DNA of 64,000 nucleotides, from the NCBI RefSeq assembly GCF_000150275.1, contig NW_002060951.1:2304297-2368296 (forward strand), in the 5' to 3' direction. This document shows, in pieces, positions 1 through 15,180 of the stretch; the stretch's first letter is position 1, and the number at the start of each line of letters is the position of its first letter. The position numbers were made by a program, and so were the translations under genes. The notes under the pieces were generated by a model that was given only the letters and a program-made list of their open reading frames with translations, did not search any database and was not told the DNA's origin. This DNA comes from Trichoplax adhaerens. Lineage: Eukaryota > Animalia > Placozoa.

Positions 1-3000
1 CAAAAAAATCATCAAATCGTAATCGTTCCAGGAGGCGAAGGAGCTGCTGATATTATATGTAGTCATCTTAGCAATAAAAGGTTACAAACCCCTGTGTGTT
101 GCATTAATGATACAAATTTTATCACTAGTCTTTAACTGCTTAGTTCTTTATTTTGCACAGCATAACAAAATTGAACGATGCAGCAAAGAAAAGTATACAA
201 GAAGCTTTATGCAAAACTTTTAAATGGAGCGTTTCTAAAGATAATGATAAAATTGATCGATGCATCAAAGGGATAAAAGCGATACTATCTCATAGAAGCA
301 AAGTAAGGTTCTGCGCTACAGCATTTAACAGCTATTTTAATTGTGCGATCTTGTAACACATAGCATTACTCTTGTTTATTGTATTATTGTTAATTATCAG
401 TTACTAGAATCTCTTATATATATTTAGTAAATTATATTTATGTATAGAAAGCATTATCATTGGAGTTTCCCTAAAGTTTAGTTGCTTCAGTCTAATAGTG
501 AGTTAGAACGCTATTCCCGCAAAATACTTCAATATTTTTAAATGTCAGGGATTATTTATAATTTTATGTATCAAGTCAATGTACAATATTCCCGATATAA
601 TGTTACTTATCAGTGAATAGCTACGCATAGTATTAGGGTAATTTAGAAGTTATTACAATCATTTTCGTTTTATAGGTTACTATAGTTAAGGAGACTGCAA
701 CCGCTGAAGTTCTGGAAAATGCCATCTTCAAATGTTTATATGGTAGATATCAACTATGCTATTTGTTTATAATATGCATGTTTTAGTGAAATATATAAGT
801 TTTGACAATAAGTTAACCTAACATCGTTAATTGTTAAAACTGTATTAAGATGCTTTATTATGAATGATGTATTATTGTGTAAAGGAGAATATTGTGTTGC
901 TATTATTAAGTCATTTTAACGTAGTTATATTGCATTACAACTAATTAGCTTTGGCTCAAAATAAGGAGGAGAAAAGAAGTTTAGAAGTTGTTTGGAATAA
1001 AGTCGACTTGGGCAAATTAATCAGTAATAATCTTGAAGTAAGTTAAATATATACAAGGATTGATGTAATAACATGAACTAATATTGTACATTGAAAGTCT
1101 TTCCATCATGCTTCGAATATCAACACAAGATTTGTAATCCACGTTCTGATATTTCTATTTAGGCAGAAGGGTCCGATGACGAAGAAGGTGAAAGTCAACT
1201 TGCCATCTTTAAATTTCCTGCGAAGAATATGTTATCATCTACTAATGCGCTTGCAAATAAAGACGGCAATGAAATCAATCGCTCATGGACCGATGCAGAA
1301 AAATATCGAGTGCAGAAAGATGCTGCTAAAGCGATAACGGCAAATAATGACACTGGAAAACCTTCCAAGAAATCTTCTAAGCCCAAAGATATTGCTATAA
1401 CAACTAATAAGGCCAGCAAAATTAATCAACGCAGTGTATCATCCCAAGATCTTAGTGGTCCTATTCCTAGTAAAAGATCACCTTTACCAAAGACGCCAGA
1501 GCATGAAGTTATTACTCAACCATCAGTGTCTCCGCGATCAAGAAAATCAAGCGGTGAAAGAAGCCAACATATTTCACGTTATAATGCGCTAACTGTATTA
1601 GATGCAACGATTAGAGATGGGTTAAAAGAAAATTTACGAGCTTTAATCACTACTAAACAAGTGCAAGCAGAGCAGGCTTTGGAAGTCGCGTTAACACGCG
1701 ATCATTTGACTGGAAATCATATTGCAATCGTTGATTTTTTGATCAAAAATGAGTTTATCGACATGTCGACTTTTGTAACGGCAGAAACATTAGAGAGAAT
1801 ATATGATAAAGTAAGATTGTGCTGGACGCTATATGAAAATATCTTGACTTGCTATTCGGAAGATAACCGTATTTTGCAATATCAAATTACTTTATACTTA
1901 TTAGTATTTTTCTTACTTGCGTAGTTGAGTAGTAATAGCCAGTTACTAAACGATTCCTATTTATAAGACATATTGTCGTTCATTATTGAAGTAATTAAAT
2001 AGATTTTTGTAATACTTTAAAATTTGATACTTGTATTTCTGGAAAGCATTGCTACATTGTTTCAGGTAGAACTTATTGGTTATTTTTAAAATCTAATTAG
2101 ACTTGGAATATACCTTCCTCTGTGATGTACTGGGCGCGGAAGATCAAAATAATCAAGGAGGTAAGCCTTTAGTCAAGTCAGAGTGATCATTTCATGGATA
2201 TAAGTTACGTACCATTTGCAATGGTCGGAGTAAATATTTTTACTGATTTTAGGAGAGAAATACCATTATATAGCCTAGTAAGTTTATATTTGATATTTTT
2301 AGGAAAAAAAGGAAAGAAAAAGTTTATTATTTGAAGCTGGCAAAATTTTATCTGTACTGATAAGTGATCACTGTACTAATGTCTACTCACAATTTGGTGA
2401 AGATATCGAAACGGCAATCATTGATGTTGACGATGGCAACTCTGGTGATCCATTTACTCATCTTTTCTTATGGTCTATTATGACCGGACGCTATAAGCTA
2501 TCTTATGTTCTATGGAAAAGAGTCGATCATCCCATTACCGCTGCTATTGCAGCCAACCGCATTTTATGGAGATTGTCAACTAATTCTGTATTCAAAGAAA
2601 AGTCTAGAGAGGAATTTATACAGCTTAAGGATGAATTTCAAACAAATTCAGAGTTAGTAGTAATTAGAATCTAAGTTAATCTATTTTCTGGTAACATAAA
2701 TACTGTACAGAGTTACTAGAAAAGTTTTTGGATCAGTTCGGGGTGTTTAATTGTATTAAAATTACTTAATTTAGTTAACTAATACAACTTAGATTAAATT
2801 CATTACAGTACATCTTTGCAAACAGTCGAAATGAGAAAATAGATTCGTTTTACATAAATTTAGAAATAATGTGTTAAAGTGCTAACCAACTTTATGCTGT
2901 GATATCTAGAAGCTTTCAGATAAGTATTATAAGTTAATTATCTGAAAGGGATAATTGCGGCACTGTTTATTGCTCAGAAATACATGAAATCTTACAATTA

Positions 3001-6000
3001 TCTTACTCTCTTTATTTCAGTAAGTTTATGCGCTTAGCTGTCAAGATTATGGATGAACAATATAAACATCATCCAATTAACACCGTTATCATGCTATTAC
3101 AAGAATTACCGGAGTGGGGATTCAAATCTTCCTTTTCAATGGCTTTCTCTTCCTCATCTTTAGTGCCATTCAATACTCACAATGCATACGTTGATTGCTT
3201 ACGGTATTTGTGGACAGGAGATTTCGCAGTTTTTACGCCGCTGTGGAAGGTTATAATTAATTAATTAATATTATTTTGATAAACTTATTCAATATCTTTA
3301 GAACAAAATGATTTAAATTCAGTTAATTTATTAATACTAGAGATTCTTTTAATTGCATACTAGATTAAAGCGTTATAGCAGTTTGCCTCTTTTCTGTATG
3401 TACTAATTGTAAACATGTAACGTAGTCGCTGTACAGCCAATAATTAATTGGACTTAACTCAATCATCCTTAATTGTGTAATTATTACTTCTCCTACTAGC
3501 AGTAATCTAGTCTAATCACTCATCTACTCTACAGTTATAGACAACCCATCAATAGTAACTTACAATATGTTATGTATAACTAGGTTAATGGGATTTTATT
3601 AATCATTTATCTGCAATATCCATCTATAATAGGTTATTTTAGCTTTTATTCTACCGATACCATGCCTATTGTTTCCATCCTTTATTAAATCGAAAGCATT
3701 GCGAATTGGATGCTATAGTAAAACCAATGTTAGCTTTAATAATGATGATGAAGATAGTGTCTCAACTACACGATCCTCTAACTTATGCAAGGATTTTATC
3801 TTACGAGTTTATCACTTTTATACTGCTCCTCGCATCAAGTTTACTACCAACTTTGTAAGTTTCATTAATAATGCTATATATGCAATAAATAGATCAATTG
3901 ATTAGTTCTTATATGCTAGTAGCTATCCAAAAGTGCACGGGAATACTATTATGATAAGTTGATATTTACTTATCTGATGTAAATTATACTATTCTAACTA
4001 AAATCGATAATTGTTACTGCATTGATATATTGCTGCACTTTTATTTTAACTGTATTGTTAACTACTTTGGAATTAACATGAATTCGTCCTTCAATTTGGT
4101 TGACGACGCGATTCTTGTTAACGATAAATTTACTGTTTGTATGTATTATTCTACCATTTTCTAGCTCGCATATGTGGCCTTCTTAATATATTTCGCCATA
4201 TTTCTACTATTTCTGTACGAAGATAAGTCAATGAATATTTATGAAGTAATTCTCACGGTATGGTGTCTCGCATTAGTATTCGAAGAAATACATCAGGTAA
4301 GTGGCTATTCCATAATTAATTTTAGTTATAACAGATGAAACTGAATTTTGGTTGATCACTTCCATCTCTCTTTACACTTAATTTGGAATAATGTCAGATT
4401 ATGGAAACCCCTCGCAAGACGTTTTATAAGAAAGTTCGTCTTTGGAATTCGGAATACTGGAATAGAATTGACGCGGGCGCTTTAATCACCTTTTTCATAA
4501 TAGTCGTCCTGCGAAATTTTTTTCCTATAGTTTATTTTGGTCGCATATTCTATGCTATTGATTTCATCATATTTTGTTCGAGAAGTCTGCAAATTCTCTC
4601 TATTTGGAGTAACCATGGTCCAAAACTTGTTATGATTAGGAAATTGGTAAGATAGGATTGGATTACTTGACTACAGAAAATCTTTTACTTTTAATTATCT
4701 TCACTTGTCTTTCGATTGATGTCACTTTTTTCCATTCTTTGAACCGCTATTGTAAAAGCTAGCGTTACGTTTGCAATAAATGTTGACTAATTAAGGATAT
4801 GATATTTGCTTCAGTTGCTCATCTAAGTGAAAATGTTTCTATTTTTATACCTTTAAAGTACAAAGTAAATCAAATATATTAAGATGTGCAAATCACGATT
4901 CGCGTTTCTAGTAATATGATACTAGCGTACTTTTGGATGTATTATTTATAGGTAAAATTCTTACAGATGATTAATTATACTCTTCTTTCTCAATTTATTT
5001 AAAAATCGTTATAGCTGAACGACCTGATGTCGTTTGTGGTGATATTATCAATCTTCTTGATTTCATTTGGTGTAGCCACTGAAGTTGTGTTACGATCTGG
5101 TCCTGAATATAAAAATTATCAGTTTACAGCTAGAAATATTTTCGCTCTGCCGTATTACAGGATTTATGGCGAACTTTACCTTGATGATGCAAATCTTGAT
5201 TGCAAGAATGAGACTCTCGGTACTAGCCTTTATAATAACTGTATGGCGAGAAATGTAATTGTCAATATCCTGATCGTTATTTACCTCCTGATTACAACAA
5301 TTTTACTACTCAATCTACTGATTGCTATATTCAAGTAAGTCAGCTGTCTAGTCTTTAAAAAAATTAATGCATTCAATAAGATAAGTAGATTTTTAATATG
5401 TTATTCAATTTTGTTGACTGGCATATAGGCTTGCAGTTGCGCTTATTCTTAATTATGTTTTATTTATATAACTTAACATAGTATCTCATAACTTTCGTAA
5501 TATTTGGCTTGAATATATTAAATTTATTAGTTTTGTTAATCAATTACAAAACTCAAATTAATCAGTTTATCATGTTGTAATTGTAAAGTGTATTGTTTCC
5601 AAGCATTGCATCGTGGTTAGTGGATTGCGGGTATTGCATGCTCGTATTTCAATTTGTTTCTAAAAGTAATTTATTAAATTTATTAAAAAATTTTTATGAT
5701 ATGGGATTAATTTTACGACACTATTTTAGTAATTATTATATTAATAATCTTTATCGGAATATTTTAAATAGTTAAAGGGTTAAGAAAACTACCTTGAAAA
5801 AATTAGAAATTTTAGACTCTATTGGGTTATAGTTATTTGATGATTAATATATCGTACTATGATTACTAATCAAATCTATATTTCTATTTCCATTAGCAAA
5901 ACATACGATAGGATAGAAGTGGAAAGTATCAAAGTTTGGCGAATTCAATATAGAGAACTCGTTCGAGAATATTTGTATCGATTGCCACTTGTACCGCCAT

Positions 6001-6949
6001 TCAACTTAATTCTTGCCGTACCTTTTTTGATTAGTAAAATTATGTATGGATTGTTTTCTATCGAATGCCTACAACAATTTCAAAGTCGAGCGCTTCACTT
6101 AAGTATGATTATCAAGATACCATAATATATTACGCTATTGTCTTAAATAATAACACAGACAAGACACTGAAGTATATAATATTATTTCATATTTTTACAT
6201 TTTGGTACTTGCATTTACAGAAATATTGAAACAACACTTGATGACTGTCAATTACGATCTATGGTATAAAATTCAGAATGAAGAAAGAGAAGCGTTATGT
6301 CGTGTTACTAGTCAGACTTTCAAAAATGAAGATGGTAAAGCTGTTGAGTAAGTCGTACTTGAAGTCTAATCGTTTCCTGATTATAGATATTCAGATTATT
6401 TATCAATATAAAAAGTAGTAGTTAGCACTCTAAATGTTACAGTTGTTCAATTATACTGTATGTTATTGATAACTATTTTTTAAATTACAATATTAATCGT
6501 GATCATAGTCGTTCTATTACATTTTGAACTAAATAGTAATATTTCTTTCATATCAGGAAAAATTACGTTTTTCCTAACAAAATTCAGATCGGTACTATTT
6601 CTGATATCGATATTTATGCGGGTCTTGAAAGAGATTCTTTCGCTTCCATGAATGATATTCTGCATGATTTGCTGGAAAGGTAAATTAATTTTCTTTTCTA
6701 GTAGAAAATTATCCGTTAGAGTCCATTTGTGATATTAGAAATAGAAAAGCAACTACTGATTTAATGTTGGGTAGCATATTTAATCCTAAATTGAGATAAG
6801 ATCAATAGTTGCAGTCTGTGTAATGATACATTGATCTGTTTCTACAATTAATGGAATATTTTAGGCAAGCAAATATGGAAAGGTACTTATACAAAACGCA
6901 ATCTAACAGCAAATCTACATCGAAATCAAAGACTTCGATGTTGCGTTAG
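1..6949 (+). CDS. TRPM-family cation channel, multi-exon, 5' end outside window
   Basis: Spliced exons give TRPM motifs: QIVIVPGGEGAADII (MHR2, 1-80), DPFTHLFLWSIMTGRYKLSYVLW..AAIAANRIL (MHR4), FYTAPRIKF (pre-S1), FEEIHQ (S2), WNRID (S3), HGPKLVMIRKL (S4-S5), PYYRIYGELYLDD (pore), ILLLNLLIAIF (S6), TRP helix VWRIQYRELVREYLYRLPLVPPFN. Last exons at about 6221-6347, 6556-6679 and 6864-6949 end ..TSMLR* (TAG 6947-6949). Confidence 0.9.
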
Positions 6950-8995
6950 GCACATTAAAGTAATCTAGGGCTTACGTTGGCAAGAACAGCACAAGAAACA
7001 CTTTTTACTCTATTACCAAGTGCTGCCATAGCAATGGTTCAAAGTTACAATACGTACACTTAAAGTTTTTAACTGGTAATAGTATTTAGGATAAACATAG
7101 ACATAAATCCTATATCTTCTATTATTATCGGAGTAAGAGGTACGATTGATTTTTTAATGCAATTTTAATAGTGATACAAATGATTTATATCATATTTGTG
7201 CTTGTTATATAATTTTATGTCATTGCTCACCTGTTAATAGTTTATCAGTTTTGATAATTCTAATTTCTGAACTGGGTACGTTAATTATGGACTATTAGAA
7301 CAGGATTAATTTTAGTATAGTGGGTAAGAAAATACTTAACTTTATTGCTGAGAACTGTTGTTTGGTATAATATGTTCGAGAGTTGTTTGGCTGCATATAT
7401 GAAGGGAGAAAGTCGCGAGATTGGCAATCTTCATTTAGGTACATGATGTCTTTCGTAATAATTGTTTGATATGGGTTTATGTACTGTACAGTACAAGTGT
7501 AAGTTCTGTATCAGAGTACAGCTTTTAGCTTACAGTTAAGAGTAACCAGCATTATTAAGAGTAACCAGCATTATATAATATAATATAATGCTATACTGTT
7601 TAATTTGTTTAGCTTTTATTAATTATTGATGATGTCACAGGAGATATACTTTGAGATTCTTGTAGTGTTCATAATTAATAGCCAACGGTATAATAAAAAG
7701 TTGCTATCTTATTTTGTTGATGCTAACATTATCTATTAATTCATTATGATTATTATAAACACAATTGATTATACCTTCATTCCGTGATGGGCAAAAGTAT
7801 AATGTACAGTGATGACCCAGACCCTGTCACTCTTGAGGATTAGGTACTACCAAGAGGGTAATATACGAGTATCTTAACAGCTAACAATACATTTTATAAC
7901 AAGTATTGCCGCATCTCCCTTGATAGCTGAGCTTTTACGTACAGTAACTGTCTACTTTGGAACTGATCAATACCGAATTGACCTAGTGACTTTTTCTAGA
8001 AGGTTTTCTAATGCAACTAGTAACATGAAAAAAACATCTTACAATTTAGTAAATGATAAGGTGTACAGATATCAACAAGGAGTATAAGATATACTGTATA
8101 CTCGTATGTCTACATTAACTTTATATCATACAGCCGTGCCAGAAGGAAATTTTATAGTAAAGAGATGATTTATGTACAATGTACATACACTACACTGCTG
8201 TAGATTCTACAGCCAGTACGATACAGTACTGTTATAAAAATACACAAATATAACAACCGTATTGATGGTCGTGAACATAAAGTTTTTCTTATACAAGGTG
8301 TAGCAAAGGTCTTTTCCGGCGTTTGAACATATGTCAAAAGTTTTAATACGTAACTTTTTAAGTTTTTTGACACAAATTTGGTATCAATCGATACAGTATC
8401 TCTATGGCAGAGCTCTGCAAACCATGACTGAAAACAAGCTCACACTAACTCTACCTGCTCATGCAAATGATATACTGTACTTGCCACTGCCCAAGCCTGA
8501 CTACGCCTGACTACGCCTGACTAACATACTGTATTACTTGTCGGATCAAGTGCATTAACGGACTCAAAGATATTTTTTATACTATATCATATAGACATAT
8601 ACAAATAGGCAAAACACTAATCTAAACCTGTGCATCATGAATTTTGCAGCTAGCCTAAACTAGACCCACCAACGGTTCTGTAAATAGCTAGTTGACACAT
8701 CCAAAGCCCATCGTAGTTACATGACTTACACCCGCAACTTACATGGTTTAGTATTTACAAAGTCTTGCTTTAATGCACAGAAGTCCTGGTATTATACTGT
8801 AAATTGAAGATCCGCTATCTAGAGTTAATACTAAGGATAACAGAGTGTTTACATTTGCTTCAGAATACTGTATAAGAATTCTATTTAAATGCTATTATCA
8901 ATATTAAAACTGTATAGATTTTAGATTTTATACCAGCATGTAGCTAATGACCTGAAGATTCTTTGTATACTGTAGTTTTTACTATATTGTCTGTA

Positions 8996-9148
8996 TTACT
9001 GTACTGTACAGTGTACAGTGTACAGTACCGTAATCTCAATCTCACAACTTGCCAACTTTACGGCCGTCAATCTGGATTAGTACAGTACTGTATATTGTAG
9101 TGCTGTACAGTACTGTACTGTAGTGTACAGTACTGTAGCTACAGTACT
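8996..9148. promoter_or_regulatory. TACAG/CTGTA-rich patch upstream of delta-tubulin
   Basis: Pentamer mosaic about 400-540 bp upstream of ATG 9533. Confidence 0.5.
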
Positions 9149-9532
9149 TAGTTACCGCCCAACTTGCTCTCAAACCTTCGTGTGAATGTCGTAATCACAG
9201 AGTAAAATAAAATAAAATCTAAATCTATTTTCGTTTTCAGTCAATACTACTATTCTCTATAATTGAGAGATTGATTCCTTGATGTAATCTTCCATTAGTG
9301 AATAACACTACATGAATAAATAGCATGAAGGACTTTACACGTATTATATATATAATTATAAGTCATTCGGCTGACTGATGTCAAGTGTCTTAACTGAATT
9401 ATTACATGTATACTGTAGTTAGTTTTTTTACCTGTGAGTAAAGACAGGTACTGAAGACGATTAGTAAACACCGGTGTTGTGCTTCGGTGTGATAATTACA
9501 GTATATAATTTAGCTTTGGTATCAGCCCGGTT

Positions 9533-11576
9533 ATGTCCATAGTTACGTTACAACTAGGCCAATTTGGCAACCAGCTTGGCTATGAGTTCTTTAATACTGT
9601 TCTTGACGATATTTATTGTTTTCACGGAAAGAATACTCTCAGAAAGAAACTTGCCGCGACTAATAAGTATAATTACGAAGATGCCGCTTTCGAGAGCTTT
9701 TTCTATGCTACATCTGACTTACCATTAGCTCGTGCTGTTATGATTGATACAGAAGCGAAAGTAGTCGATGATGTTTTTACCAAGGTGGGTGATAATAGTG
9801 TACTACCAACTTGGGATCTATTTAGTGAATTGAGGCGATTAATTTTGATCTGTAAAAATTGAACACCCATTTGTTATCCAGTTTATTGAGAAATGCAGTA
9901 TACCTGCTCGTGATAATATTCTCATGTCATCATAATTGATTGAAGGCTGCTTACTAACGATACTACTTTTATTTGATCGCCAGGCGAAAATGAGTAAATT
10001 GTGGTCGTATGATCCAAAATGTTGTATACGCAAAAAACGAGGCTCTGGAAACAATTGGGCTCTTGGATATTGCATGGATGGCGATCAAGTTTTACTAGAA
10101 GAAATTATGGACAGCGTGCAAAGGCAAGTTGAGTACTGCGATCGATTTAGTGGATTTTTGCTATTAATGAGTTTAGCTGGTGGAACTGGATCTGGTCTAG
10201 GTACGCGATGTACCGAAGAGTTACGAGATCGTTATCCTAATAGTCAGATTATCAATGAAGTTGTTTGGCCTTACAGTAATGGAGAAGTTATTGTTCAAGA
10301 TTACAATACAATTTTAACTCTTTCTCATTTATATAAGGCATCAACTGGACTCATTATTCTAGAAAATGATAAATTACATGAAATATGTACAAGACTGCTC
10401 AAAATAAAAAATGTGGGCTTTCATCACATTAATAGAGTCATTGCTCATAAATTAGCTGGAGTTTTGTTACCTTCTACTTGCTTGCAAAATCAACACTCAA
10501 AACGAAATGACTATGCAGGTAATATCTATCGCACAGGTTGCACTAATTACAGTATACGTACGGTATTATTGATTGTTCACTTCTTTGCATTCTTATCTTC
10601 AGGGATAAATATCTTCGGTGAGATCGGGGAGCATCTATGTAGTCATACCGATTACAAGTTGTTGAATATTATAGATATCCCTCAGATTCCTGATCACTCT
10701 TTCGATTACACCAATTATAATTGGCACGGACTGTTAAAACATCTCCATCAAATGCTAATTGCAAATGCATTTATGGAGGAAAGTAAGTATACTCATATTG
10801 AGGTGAATTTTATATTTTCCGTTATTACAGTCTACAGGGATATCCGCTCGAGAAATTACGTAGATCTGAAAAAGTGTAACATAATTGCTTTCTTTTTACT
10901 TACTAATTCGGCTTTAAAATTTTTAGACATCAAATGGGAAGTTAAGTTACCATCCCCTAAAGCACTATCTCAAAATAAAAAGCTGGCGAAGTTATCATCT
11001 GGATTGCCTGTTCATAGCGACGTTATGGTTAATAAATCAATCGCAAATATGTTGGTAATTCGAGGGACTGAAATCGATAAAGGTAGATTGTATACTGTGT
11101 ATTTATTCACTTTACGTATTAGCCACGGTGTAAGATAGGATGATTGCTAGATTAGGCCAAGATTTTTGCTGTGATAGGCCATTGGTATCGTTGCAGCTTA
11201 GCAGTAAAATAACGTAATAGCATCATAAGTAATCGTGGACGGTGTCACCTTGCTAATATTAAATACAATTCTCTATTAAGCTGATATAGGCGCGTTTCGA
11301 GATTCTCGCCTCTATGTAAATTGGATGCCAAATTCTTCTGGATTAGCTACTAGAGTAAATAGTCGTCCTTATAATAAGTACGAAAAATCTGCTTTTCTGC
11401 TGAGCAATAGCCAATTTTGTATACCAACTATAAATAATGTAACGGAAAAAGCATGGAATATGTTTGCAAACCGTGCTTACATTCATCAGTACATTAGCAA
11501 CGGTATATCGGAAGATGATTTCATTGACAGTTTTGCTACTGCGGAACAAATTATTACTAATTATAATAAGCTATAA
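9533..11576 (+). CDS. TUBD1: Delta-tubulin, 5 coding exons (approx. 9533-9784, 9984-10518, 10603-10781, 10927-11082, 11281-11576)
   Basis: MSIVTLQLGQFGNQLG start, ARAVMIDTEAKV, GSGNNWALGY, SLAGGTGSGLG, WPYSNGEVIVQDYN and C-terminal EKAWNMFANRAYIHQY are delta-tubulin signatures; GT-AG junctions link the ORF pieces. Confidence 0.95.
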
Positions 11577-12325
11577 AATACATGAGTATATTTATGGCCA
11601 AAACTGGGATAGTTTTGCTTGTCCAAAAAAGACAAAATGTTGCATGCTAACTAGTAAATTATGTTAATAATACTTTGCATCTACAGGTAGCTGTAGGAAT
11701 TTTAACGTCACATGTCTGTGATTGACGAGAGCGTAGCTTTGTAATTGATTTCCAAACTAGGAGAGTAAAATAAAAGTACGCCCTATTTTCTTTCTGTAGC
11801 ACTAAAGACTAGCATTGTTAATGGATGCACGGCATCTCCAATCTGTATATTTTACAACAGCTTTTGCTTTAAAGCATTCAAGACTATTCAGCGAGTATGG
11901 ATAATTGCTAAATTTATTAATTTACAAGTAGACCACTTTCACTATTCAGCACACAGATACACTCATTATAAGCAATAAGCATAGTCAGCAAAGATTGAAG
12001 CGAAACAATAATTAACGTTTGGTAATGTGATCCTACCGAATGATATCACATAATATATAATCGTGTAATTGAAAAAGAATAGTACATTTCGCTTAAATAT
12101 ATACAGTGCAATTTGAAAGTATTTCAGTGAGACCTATGATTAATTGGATAGACACGAATATAAACAGATCGATGTATTCAATTGCTCCAGTCATGATTTC
12201 ACTTTTTATGTATCTTATAGAAATATCATTTACATAGAAATTGTTTTAAGCTTCGTAATCTTATAGCATAACAAGTTTATGCAAACAGTGATAATGCTAT
12301 AGTCAAGTGCAATATACGAGTAAAA

Positions 12326-14778
12326 TCAATTAGCAACCTTCATCTCTTCAATTTTGGAGTTATTGAGCTTTTTGTAACACTCAAAACTGCATAATGGTAA
12401 ATTTAATTTAGAATCAGCATACCGGCGAAAATTCTTACAACCGTCTACTGTACATAATTCTCGTTCTTTCGGGCTGTAAATATAATTGTTGAATGATGAG
12501 TATCACCTTACTCGAATAGTAACCATGGAAAATGTTATTAACAGATTTAATCATCAAAAGTCACCGCGTTCATGGCAGAAGCAAAAGTAGAATAACAAGA
12601 ACTCACATTTTTATGGTCTGAGCGATCATAGGGAATTCTATGTTTTCAGGAAAGGATAAGCTAAAAAAATTTACACGATTTGTATAACGGATTCTTGGAA
12701 TATCTTTACTTCCCATAGACTTCTAAAAGTGATAATATAGGAATTTTATAAGGGATTAGGATGAAAATAGTGTATCATCTAATCCTACTTTTAAGTGTAT
12801 ATGCGCTATTTGAGTTAAAGTTGCACATATCATAATGCTTACCTTAGCTGCATCTTTTCGAGAACGACTAGCTTGTTTGTACAATAATTTATCAATAGTT
12901 TGGGCCTATCATAAGTAAATAATTTTAAGCTGATTCTTATCTCAGACAAACATCAATTAATTACTTATGGCTTTACTGTTAGCCAATATAAACGTAAGTA
13001 AAGTGCCCTAACTTTATTCTGTTCAATTTTTTTTGCAATTTGTAACTTTCTCTTTGTCGCTCGCTGTTGCTTCCGTTGTAACATTTCTTCCGTTACCTCT
13101 TTGCTTTGCTTGCGTCCTAGTTAAGAAAGTGGGATGTTAACTTAGAATAGATCTTTCCAATTTTCTTAGCCGTTTTTATCAAGTGTAGTAATGCATATTA
13201 CTATTAACTAATTGATTACCCATAGGTAGTTCTAGTAAAGGTTCTACATATTCTACTTCTCCCATCATCGCTCGCTAAACGTAACGATTGAATAAAGTCC
13301 AGATAATTTCAATAGTACAATAGTCCATCTTTATAATTTTTAAACAAGCACATAGTCTCACTTGTCTTGCAGTCATCATGGATTTCTTCCTTGCAGTTCT
13401 GACTCTTCCATTTTCATCTAAGTCTCCGCTTTCCAGAGCAGCAAGCCATTCGTCCTCACTTATACAAATATGCAATGAACGAATGATACACGTTGACAAT
13501 GGTGTAAAGCAGAAGACAAAATTAGATTTCTATAAATAAATATAGCAGTTGTTCTTGGACTATAAAGGGCTGCTCTTCTACCTGTCTCCATTTTCTACAT
13601 TGACTTCTTGGGATTTTTCATCTGCAGATGCTGTTCATATAGATTATTTCATTAAGCCATAGCTATACATTTTTGGCAATACTGGCCTTATAAAATTGTA
13701 TTAATTATGCTATGTACAGTATACTAAAAGATAGAAAATAATGCATTTTATGATTTTACCATAATGTTCATCTTCGTGTCTTTCGCTATTAGCACTGTAG
13801 ACCTCTATATCTTCCTCTTCTTCAGATACCATAAACTCTCTAACCCTGTGATACAAGATAGGAGTCTATCTTAATTTATTCATAAAACGCTAGTATTTTA
13901 GGAGCCCGATTTACAGTATACGGGCGTAAAACTCTAGTTTATGAATGATTGTACGTTGTTATGCAGTTTATTCAATTTCGCGAGATTTTAGTGCAAGGGG
14001 CTAGTGTACCTCTCATGATAGTCGTTTATGACAGTAAATGCACTATAAAAGAATTGAAATAATTTAAATCCTGCAATTTTTTAATGGGACAAACTTACTG
14101 TGCGTGGGTCGTAGCTAATGTTTGGCCACCAAGTTTAATCTTTAATTTGACTTCTCTACCTTTACTTTCAGACGACTCTTCCATTGAGCCATGTTCTTTC
14201 TTTCTTTTATGTTTCTTATGCTTATGTTTATGCTTCTTTTTATGAGTTGGTCCTGAATAAGATAAAGCTAAGCTGTAGTCTGATCTACCTATTTATACCT
14301 TTACTAAATCATACGGTGTAAATGATCGTATGGTAGATACTACTAGATACTATTGTGGTCAATTATAATAATTAGTTTCACGATCACTGCATCGGCATCA
14401 GGATGAGCAAGTAAAGAAATGATATGTAGTTATGCCCCAACTGCTATTGATATACCTAATTGTTTAATACAGTAAATGAAAGTATTGAAAATCTAATCTC
14501 CAACAATAGTAGAATTAAATATTACGTAGATTTGTAAATTTATCTACCAAAAATAAAAATTGACCTATCTAATGCGCTGCAATCAGAAGAGAAATACACA
14601 CCGTTGATTACTGAATATCTACAGTATACGTACAATATACTGTACATACTGTACTCTATACTGTATAATAGTTTCGTCAGTCTCATGATAAGGTGAAATG
14701 GTTAAAATACTACATCGTGAACTTACTTGAATTATTTACTTCCTCTTCCAATTCTTTATTCGATTTCTGTTTCCCCAT
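12326..14778 (-). CDS. INO80B: INO80 complex subunit B (PAPA-1/ZNHIT4), multi-exon
   Basis: Minus-strand exons: MGKQKSNKELEEE.., HKKKHKHKHKKHKRKK..KLKIKLGGQTL, EDEWLAALESGDLDENG..MMTARQ, LPMG..EEMLQRKQQRATKRK, QTIDKLL, and a C-terminal HIT-like finger CTVDGCKNFRRYADSKLNLPLCSFECYK; TGA at 12328-12326. Confidence 0.9.
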
Positions 14779-14984
14779 TACAGTTCTTAATGCCGCGCCA
14801 ATCTATTGATGAAAATTAGTTTCAGCAACAACTGAAAATAATATTCCAATCTCTCTCTTCTCTCTTCAGTAGTCCACTAGTCCCCCTATACTGCACATTG
14901 CTCCATACAATCCGTTGATCTGCATCAATTCTTATGAGTTGTCAATTTCTAGAGCTTCTTCTAGCCGATATGGTGTGCCGATAC

Positions 14985-15180
14985 CAGTACGGTACGGTAA
15001 GTCAATGTACTGTACACTGAGTGTACAGTACTGTATAGTATTGTACCGTAAATACTATTCAGGTGCTTGAGTACCGTACAGTACAGTACTGTGTATGGTA
15101 GTCACAAATACGGTACAGTGCAATGTACTGTACACTAGTGCGGTACTGTACTGTATGACACGGCCAGTCTGACTGTACCC
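14985..15180. promoter_or_regulatory. TACAG/CTGTA-rich patch in the INO80B/RABEP1 divergent promoter
   Basis: Dense GTACTGTACA/ACAGTACTGT pentamer mosaic between divergent ATGs 14778 and 15379. Confidence 0.55.

Noticed and set aside
7536-8524. Short direct repeats (2x TTAAGAGTAACCAGCATTA; about 3x GCCTGACTAC)
   Set aside because: Ordinary slippage duplications with no further structure.
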